A stretch of DNA of 64,000 nt from Tubulanus polymorphus. Its lineage: Eukaryota; Animalia; Nemertea. Numbering within the stretch: position 1 is the stretch's first letter; each line of letters begins with the position of its first letter. Under the pieces are notes generated by a model. The model had not been told where the DNA came from, did not search any database, and was given only the letters and a program-made list of their open reading frames with translations. The position numbers were made by a program, and so were the translations under genes. Positions 55,889 through 64,000 of this stretch are shown one piece after another. The DNA lies in the NCBI RefSeq assembly GCF_964204645.1, contig NW_027437461.1, positions 1-64,000 of the forward strand, written 5' to 3'.

Positions 55889-56164
55889 CTGGAATGAAAG
55901 ATGGCAATGGGATGTAATCAGCACTAGGTATTAAAGTCAATGCCGCATTAGTTGTAGCCCTCGGGACTGACGATTTTTCTACGACTTACGTGATGTACGA
56001 GTCACGTGTAAGTCGTATTTCTACGAGTTATCTATAAGTCGTGGTTCCATACGAATTCCGCGAATAACCCGTGAAAATACAATAAATATGACGTTCAGAT
56101 TCCAGCATGGTTCGTCATGTTCCCGGTCGTATCCTGAGCTGACAGTGCAAATCCTTATACGATA

Positions 56165-56696
56165 TTTGAAAAACGCCTAATGAAAAACACTGAATCGGAA
56201 AACGCATAACGCCTAATTCATAGTAACATCCAAGAAATTGACCTAAATCCGTACACGCAACATTACATAGTTCACGTAGGGGTGCGTGGAGCCCCGCTTG
56301 TTCCATCTTTGTTTCTACCATCGTTTCTACGATCGTTTCGGTTACACCTTCGAGCAATTATGTTCAGATAATTGCTCGTAGGTTGAACCTACAAGCGTAG
56401 GTTGTACCATATTTATGCATTCCAGTTTTAAAATTCAAGAAAGCCGGTTTATAAGCGCGGCGTTTGTTTTCGCGTTATGTAATTGATTGCTTGCCGGCGG
56501 ACATTCTATCATCATCCTATAATGCAGTTTATAGAGTAGTAGTCTCGTTTCGTGAAGCGTAAAACACATGTAATTTCAAACTGTTCCGTTGATGTGAGTC
56601 TCAGTAGACAGTACAGTAAAGAAATTAGGTCATTTTTCTAGGAATAAGGCATTATGCGTTTTCCGATTTGGTGTTTTTCATAAGGCGTTTTTCGAG
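56165..56696. mobile_element. MITE-like element with ~58-bp imperfect inverted repeats
   Basis: GAAAAACGCCTAATGAAAAACAC...CGGAAAACGCATAA at ~56168, mirrored at ~56640-56695. Confidence 0.55.
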
Positions 56697-57049
56697 AACT
56701 GGATCCTTATATTGTTGAAATCTACCCTGAATCAATCGATTAAAGCTGCCACATGCACCATGCAGACAACATCACAAGAAAATTACATTGTATTTGTCTA
56801 AACACTTAGCATTGATGTGGGCGGTGTATTGGGGGTTGACTGTTATTCGATGACGACTTGTGGGGTTGACTGTATTTTCAATCAACCAAGATCAGTTTAA
56901 TTTCATTTATAAATTAATTCTCCACCGAAGTTTTAATTTCTAATCAATTTACCCATGAGAGAGTTCAACTAAGTCCTATTCATCACTGCCAATGGGTGTT
57001 AAGACGACTGATGCTTCCACATCAGGTGAAACGCCTGAGTATAAAATAC

Positions 57050-57442
57050 ATCCCGAGGTAATGAAAAATACGAAATGGCTTCCGGTGACCTTGACCTTTG
57101 ACCTACAGGACTTGAAATCTAATAACTCCCTCATGGTCTCTAGGGTAACCCATCCATAAAGTTTAACAAAGTTATCTTACCATTTATGAATTAATTACCC
57201 GGAAATTACAATACAAAACAGCTCCTGGTGACCTTGACCTTTGACCTACAGGACCCTAAATTTAATCAGTTACTCACTGTCTCTAGGATAACCCATCCAT
57301 AGAATTTCATTAAGTTATCTTACCGTTTATGAGTTGGAGCCCACTGCGGACAGACGGATGGACAGATGGACGCTACGACAGATGGACAGACAACGAAGTG
57401 AATACAGTATGCCCTCCACTACATGTTTTGGGGGCATAAAAA
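57050..57442 (+). mobile_element. 3' part of a pearl/HINE-like invertebrate repeat
   Basis: Two ~145-bp units with TGACCTTGACCTTTGACC, a GGACAGAC/GGAT microsatellite, and terminal ATGCCC...GGGCATAAAAA hairpin. Confidence 0.65.
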
Positions 57443-58016
57443 ATTACAATTTTTGGAACTAAAATTTGTATTTCCGAGTAGTACTTACCCTTTCCTATGG
57501 TTTTTGCCAATATTTTCTAAATTTGGATTTATCGCCAATGGTTTTTCTATACGACCCGGCCCTGCGGTGTTGCATTTAGCCACCGGCGAAATCCGCCATC
57601 TTTTTACGTCATAGCAGACCAAAAAAAAACAGCTATGCGGGGCAGGTGGGCGGGATTCCCACCATAGGAAAGGGTAAGTACTACTCGGAAATACAAATTT
57701 TAGTTCCAAAAATTGTAATATTTCCGTCGAGTACTGTACCCTTTCCTATGGTTTTTGCTAGACTAGCCTAGCACAAGGATGGTGGGAAAAGTAGATAGAA
57801 AAACCACCGCTCAAACGCAAGGTAAGAGGGGAAAAGAGAGCACTTACCCAAGCACGGAATGGAGCACTGTAGCACAGGGAAGACCGGTTGGCCACAGTGA
57901 GTCCATCCAGCTCAGGGGCCCCCCCAGAATTTTGCAAAATTAATACTAGCAGATATGAGCCCAAACTATGTACAAGGATACACCCCCTGTGATCCTGATA
58001 ATGCCACATAAATATT

Positions 58017-59054
58017 CTACACTAAAGGGTCCGATCGGAAAGAACGGACACCTTGAGCCATGACAACAGGACCAAGTGAAGCTAATGAGCCTAACTGGCC
58101 TGAAACATCCCATAAATAAAATGACGTGAATGTCGACGGTGAATTCCAAAAGGTGGCCCGACAGACTTCCTCCAACGGAGCACCCGAAAAGGCTGCGCCG
58201 GAAGTAGCCATAGACCTCACTTGATGAGAAACCACTCCCTCCGAGGAAAGATTCTCCTTCAATAAAATGTCCTTGATCAGTGAAGAGACCCATCGGGCCA
58301 CTGTGTCCCGCGAAATATCCCCCTTTAGGTGATCCAGCAGCGGAATAAATAACCGCTCCCGTGAACCCCTCCGTGAAGCAGAGCGATCTAAATAGAAACA
58401 CAACGCCCGCACAGGACATTAAGTCCTGTCCGGGATGCCCGGTTCCACTCGATGTTTTAGGGCTTCAATTCGCCATTGACGCCCAACCGAGCCTGGTCGT
58501 TGGTGCTTTGCCAAAAATTCCAAAGCAGGCCGCAGCGAAACAAATTCATTCGCTGGCCCAAAGACAATATGACCTTGTCGGACTGAAAGCGCATGAATCT
58601 CAGAGCAACGGGCCGAGCAAGCCAAGAACAGCAAAAATACAGTCTTTTTTGACAAATTTGCAAATGACGCTGCCGAAAGAGGTTCAAATGGAGCCTCCAT
58701 TAACTTCTTCAAAATTACAGACAGATCCCATGGTGGAACTGTCCTTGTTACCCGAGGCCGGGAAATAGAAAACCCTGCAACCAGCTGGGATATCCGATGA
58801 TCCCCTGCCACATTTGGCCATCCAGAAGCACGCAATGTATGAGAAATCGCGGAGCGGTAACCTTTAATAGTTATGACCTGCAAACCTTTTACACCTTTTA
58901 CGTGAGCATGGATCAATTTCCCCTGCAGCACACCAATCCGCAAAATGACTCCATTTGGCATCGTAAATGGTACTTGTTGATGGCCGCTTAGATCCTGCGA
59001 TAAAGGAGGCAGCCTGTTCTGAAAAGCCTGAAGCTGACAAGGATTGCTGGACAA
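58017..59054 (-). pseudogene. DIRS tyrosine recombinase
   Basis: LACSARCSEIHAL, SHQVRSMATS and FWNSPSTFTSFY (R-HxxR-W-Y catalytic set); disrupted. Confidence 0.88.
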
Positions 59055-59129
59055 TGGCCAGGCGAGCAGATTTAACCACTGGCTGTTTGGATGATGCCGA
59101 AAGTTCCCCTGAGACAGAAGCGATGGGAA

Positions 59130-60920
59130 ATTCGGAAGAATCCTGGGGTTGTCGCACAGTAGGTTGAGAAGTGGTAGGAACCACCGGCCAACATGGTGCT
59201 ACCAGAACTATGTTGCAATTGACTGATCTCTCTATTTGATCCAGTAAGCGCGGCAGGACTGGTGTGGGCGGGAACGCATACGCATGCATCCCCGACCAGT
59301 CCAGAGAGAAGGCATCGACCCCCCACGCTTCCGCGTCTGGAAACGGGGACACAAACAGAGGACACCTCCGATTGAACCGGGTGGCAAACAGATCCAGCAG
59401 CGGATTGCCAAAAATGCCCGAACCCGATCGGCCACTTCTTGGTGGAGAACCCATTCTGTCGCAATAGCCTGACCTCGACGAGACAGAGCATCGGCCATCA
59501 CGTTCCTTTTCCCTGCTAAATGTGCCACAGTCAGGGACACGCCCTTTGTCTGGCACCAAAGAAGAATTTTGGCCGACACACCTGTGAGGGTTTCTGAGTG
59601 AGTGCCCCCTTGGTTCTGAAGGTAAGCCCTCACTGTTGAATTGTCTGTGGCTAACCAAACGTGGTGGCCCTCCACTCTCCTGTGAAAGAACTTCAGGGCC
59701 TTCCACACGGCCAGCATTTCTAGGAAATTTATGTGGTTGGTGGCCTCGTAGCGAGACCATCTCCCGGCTTTGACTCGGTTCTCCAGATGTGCCCCCCATC
59801 CTTGGTGACTGGCATCCGTGAATACACGAACTGGAGCCTCTAACGGGGCTAGTGACACCCCGAGCCGAAGATTCGTAGTTGCCGCCCACCACTGAAGATC
59901 CGGACTTAGATCGGTTGGAGGTACGGGAATCAAGGCCTCCCAGTTGCCCTTCGACTGAGACCAGAAGACCTTCCAATATTGTTGCAAGCGCCTGCTTCTG
60001 AGACGGCCTTAGGGCACCACCAGACCCATGGAGCTGATGGAGCCTAGAAGTCGTGACCAGTAACGAGCTGTTCTCGGGGTTGTGGACACTCCCGCTACAG
60101 CTTCTTGAAGTTTGGCTACTCGAACCATAGACGGAAAGACTTTGCCGATTCGGAGATCGAAGTCCATGCAAAGATAAGTGAACTGTTGGGCCGGCGTCAA
60201 CTGAGATTTTTCCCTGTTTACGCGGAACCCTAGCTGATGGACTAAGTCCAAGACAGGTCATTGCCTCCCGACATTCCTGAGCCGAATTCGCGACTATTAA
60301 CCAGTCGTCGAGGTAAACGAACAGTCGAACACCCCTTGACTGAAGTACCTTCTGAACTGACTTGACCAACTTGGTGAAAACCCACGGGGCCGTACTGAGG
60401 CCAAATGGAAGAGACCTGAATTGGAACTGGCGGCCTTTCCACTTTATCCTGAGAAATCGCCGAGATTTTGGGTGAATTGGAACCTGAAAGTAAGCATCTT
60501 TCAGGCCCAATGAAGCCGCCCATTGACCCGGACGGAGCCCTTGAATCACGTCCTTGGGCTTGGTCATCCGGAACCTTGGAATGTCTAGGTGCCGATTGAG
60601 GGATGACAGATCTATCACTGTCCGTTGACCCCCTGTTGCCTTTGGTACCATGAATATTCGAGAAAACCAGCCGGGAGAAGTTTCGTTGCAAACTGGTTCT
60701 ATCGCTCCCTTCTCGGCCAATTCCTTGAGAGCCGGAGAGATTAAGGCCTCCTGACCTGGTTTTGGCCGCGGTGACCTCATCAGGCGCGGTCGCCTTAGGA
60801 AACGGAGACGGTAGCCACGAGAGATGACCCGGGAGGGCCAACCGTCTCCAAAGAGGTCGGACCAGTGGGTTGCTGCCTGCTGCAGACAACCTCCCACTGG
60901 TCCCAAGAATTCATTTCGAG
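59130..60920 (-). pseudogene. DIRS reverse transcriptase / RNase H / methyltransferase-like ORF
   Basis: LPFGLSTAP, YLDD; RNase H TDAS, HINFLEM, DN, NVMADALSR; MT-like DLFA...YAFPP. Frameshifts; first catalytic Asp reads Gly (SLGLKDAY). Confidence 0.9.
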
Positions 60921-63147
60921 TTTTTCCGAAAGGAAGAGCCCCTTTTTGGAGCCTTCCCCTTGCCTCGATATGAACAGGAACTGTTACGACCGGACGAGGC
61001 TTGACACGATTGTTGAAGTTGCGCGCTAGTTCTCCAACCGGCATCCGAAGCCGCCTGAGAAAGCGCTGAAGTTTGAGATGGTCCTGTTTGCGTCCGTGCC
61101 GAACCTTGCGCCGCCGGCGTCGGACCAGAACGCTTTTTCCACGAAGTTCGGGGGTTGGACTTGGCCTGAACCTCCCGAATCTTCCTCAGCTCTGCGGAAA
61201 CCGGAGCGCACCAACCGGAGAAGAGTCGTGAAGACGTCCCCAAAGGGGCTCTCAGCAAAGCATTGGACACCATATCCGGTAGACGAGTTTTGGAACTGGA
61301 GTCCATCACTGACTGACGGGAGGCTAACACCAGATTAGCCTGACCCCGAACCGACAACGGAATTACATGTGAAACAGACCGAGCCAAAGATTGGATAATC
61401 CGGTCCATTCCCTCCAGTTTTAGGGCAACTGACTCTGGGTCGGAGCCCGCATGAACGGCGGCGTGAGTCTCGCGAAGCTCACCCGTCAACACCTTAAGTG
61501 CCATATCTTGAAACGAACCAACCCTGGTAAGATTGTCCAGGATTGACGTCATGGCCACCAAACCGGACTTAGGCAAACGAATACCCGACTGTGCTGTAAC
61601 GGTATCCGGGCTGATCAAAGTATAATCAGCATCCAGGCAGTTATGACTGTGATCCACAGCACCTGGAGTTGCGTAATACGCCGAGCGAAATGCGCCTATA
61701 GGTGGATCGGTTGAACTAAAATATTTCCCAGATTTCATACCCCGTTCTGGAGGGGGAAATGAAAATGTTCCAGGCCGACATTCACCCCATAATTGCGTAT
61801 CCAATCGAGCCCATTCTCTCGAAACCGCTGACGATTCCCGTAAAACGTTAAGATCGGAGTCCGGAGGGCGATAAGCTTCCATTGACTCACCGACCAGAGG
61901 AGCTGCTGTGGGCTTAGCGCGAGTTGCCCCGTGCTTGACAAAGAACTCACTTATCATCGCTCTAAATGGCATGTCCCCCGCTGGTTCGGATAAAACTGAA
62001 CGGGACGGAGATACATTGCGAGCCAGGGAAGCCCCCATCGTCTGGGGCAACCCACAATTGCTCGCGACAGGAACGACCCCAGAAGGAATTGCCGCTTCTG
62101 GGACCGGATCCTCATTGAAATCAGACCCTACCGCAGCATCCAGGAATTCAGAGTCAGAATTCCGAAAAACTGAGTGGGCTGGCGAACTTCTAACCGGACA
62201 ATCAGGAATTGCTTACCTGTTGTAGAGGTTGCAGCGACTTGTTGCGACGAAGATAACAAGTTTAAAATTTTCTCCTCAAATACATGGAAATCCTTCTGAG
62301 TCAGGTATTTTCCAGTATCCACACGATCATGTCGACTTTGGTGACGGTCTCTCGAACGGGATCGCGACCTACTAGAAGAATCGCTTTCATCGTTAACCAA
62401 CGTCGACGAACGATGAGAAGACCGACGGCGAAACTTCCGACAATAACGATCGTAGTCCCTCTCGCGATCAAACCTTGATCTGTGAGAAGGAGATCTTGCT
62501 CGTTTATTACGCTCACGGCGTCTAAATCTAGTGGGAGAGCAAGCTCTATCCCCGGAGCGACGATCAGAATCAGACGATGAACGTACCGGATGTTTTGAAC
62601 CGGACGACGTCTGGACCGGACCGGTGCCCGGACCGATGCCCGACCCGGTACCGACGTTCGCGACTACCGCGGCGCGCGCTCGGTTCAGAACATGTAGTCT
62701 GAACCGGCCAAACCGGCCGAACCGGTGAACGACCAGAGACCGGTGAATGACCGGTGAACGACCAGAGACCGGTGAATGACCGGAGACCGGTGCCGGTGAA
62801 CCAGCGTTCCTCCCCGGTGAACGGAGTTGGGAAGCCGATCATACCTGAACGACCGGCGACCGCTCCGCTTTACGATAAGAAACAGGATTAGAAACGTCGG
62901 TTGGCACATCGGCCGAAACCGACGAATCCCTGCTAACTCAACGACGATCTCTTAGTTTAAGAGCCTTATCGGCCCGAAGCCAAAGGTCCTCGGACCACAC
63001 GACGCAAATCTTGCAAGGATTGCTCCTTGCACATATTTGACCGGATTTGCGCCTGCACGACGCACATGAATCGTGGTTGTCCCAGGCGCCAAACAAATGC
63101 CCGCATCCCTACCCGCCACGATGCTGACCCTTAGGAGGGGGTGGCAT
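60911..63147 (-). pseudogene. DIRS gag-like ORF1
   Basis: ATG at 63147, N-terminal Cys/His finger CGH...DNHDSCASCR...C...CKICVVW, RS/SP-rich repeats, C-terminal 379-aa fragment; disrupted. Confidence 0.75.
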
Positions 63148-63575
63148 AATTATCAATAATTAACAATTCAATTCAATCAAATTATATTTGTAAATAAAAT
63201 TCTTACGGAAAAAAAGAAACCAGGGATAACCCCCGAAACCGAAAGGACTAACCGCTATGAGAGTGAAACTCCCTAATATCCTAATTCCCAGATTTATACG
63301 GCGAAAAAATCCAACGCGTTCTACTGCGAGAACGCCAAGAAAAAAGAAAAAAGATGACGGATTTCGCCGGTGGCTAAATGCAATACCGCAGGGCCGGGTC
63401 GTATAGAAAAACCATTGGCGATAAATCCAAATTTAGAAAATATTGGCAAAAACCATAGGAAAGGGTACAGTACTTGACGGAAATACAGGATAGCTGGTTT
63501 TGCGGGTACCTCATTGTTGCACTTGTGGTACCTAACTGGTAGTAAATTGGTGCACCACAGGCACTGGAGACTTAC

Positions 63576-63672
63576 AGCTTGCCGCTTTGTTTGTAAATCC
63601 TGTTTTAAGATTGCTGAGATAGCGTCTGAGAGCAGTCTCAGATTTGACCCCTGGATCCGCCACTGGAATGAA
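63576..63672 (-). CDS. Putative internal host exon
   Basis: CCCTTCAG acceptor and GTAAGT donor; open as FIPVADPGVKSETALRRYLSNLKTGFTNKAAS; product not recognised. Confidence 0.35.
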
Positions 63673-64000
63673 CTGAAGGGCATGACCACAGAGTCTAAAT
63701 ATAGATTTTCCAGGAAGCCCTATTACATGTATTCATATCATTGATCTGTTGAATGCACACGGATAGTTTTGAGATTTGAGAGATGGTAGCACCGGTTTTA
63801 TTAGACGCTTTTGTGGTCCGTTCTTTAAGTATGCTACGATCTTAACCCAACTTTTCCCAAGACCCTAAACCCCCTATCATTTTCTCAACAGATCTACATC
63901 AATCTCAGGAATGATAAAAATGGACCTCCAGAAATGGACCGCAGAAATCTGCATTTCCACATAAGATTTTCATCCCTCTTGAATGGGATGATTACTGCTT

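Larger units (their letters stand above)
57443..63484 (-). mobile_element. DIRS1-type tyrosine-recombinase retrotransposon, full length, decayed
   Basis: Inverted terminal repeats (~57470-57605 and ~63347-63484), internal complementary region 57661-57757 joining both ends, gag, RT/RNase H/MT and YR ORFs. Confidence 0.93.

Overview
Repeat-dense animal-like nuclear DNA (probably a marine invertebrate; host not identifiable from sequence alone). It is dominated by two closely related, very AT-rich Polinton/Maverick (adintovirus-like) endogenous viruses in inverted orientation. Copy 1 (<1-18126, left end outside the window) is nearly intact. Copy 2 (26981-52817) is complete, has a 6-bp AGCAAC target-site duplication, is heavily frameshifted, and is interrupted by a 6.6-kb Helentron derivative and a ~1-kb insert. 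Both encode protein-primed PolB, minor and major capsid proteins, packaging ATPase, RVE integrase-chromodomain, an HNH nuclease and several membrane proteins, but no recognisable maturation protease. Main observations: (1) copy 1 pPolB carries a LAGLIDADG homing-endonuclease intein in the catalytic YxD|TDS motif, while copy 2 is the empty allele with a synonymously different insertion site; (2) every visible terminus is a long fold-back palindrome whose two arms co-vary between copies; (3) nearly all viral genes start at a poxvirus-late-like TAAATG; (4) short GC-rich palindromic in-frame insertions sit in several copy 1 genes. Together these suggest (inference) a hairpin-ended Polinton that may depend on, and exchange DNA with, a large DNA virus. 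The rest of the window holds a ~3-kb solo LTR, Helentron/HINE elements (one with a spliced dual-deubiquitinase gene), a Gypsy remnant, MITEs, satellites, a full-length decayed DIRS1 retrotransposon and two possible host exons.
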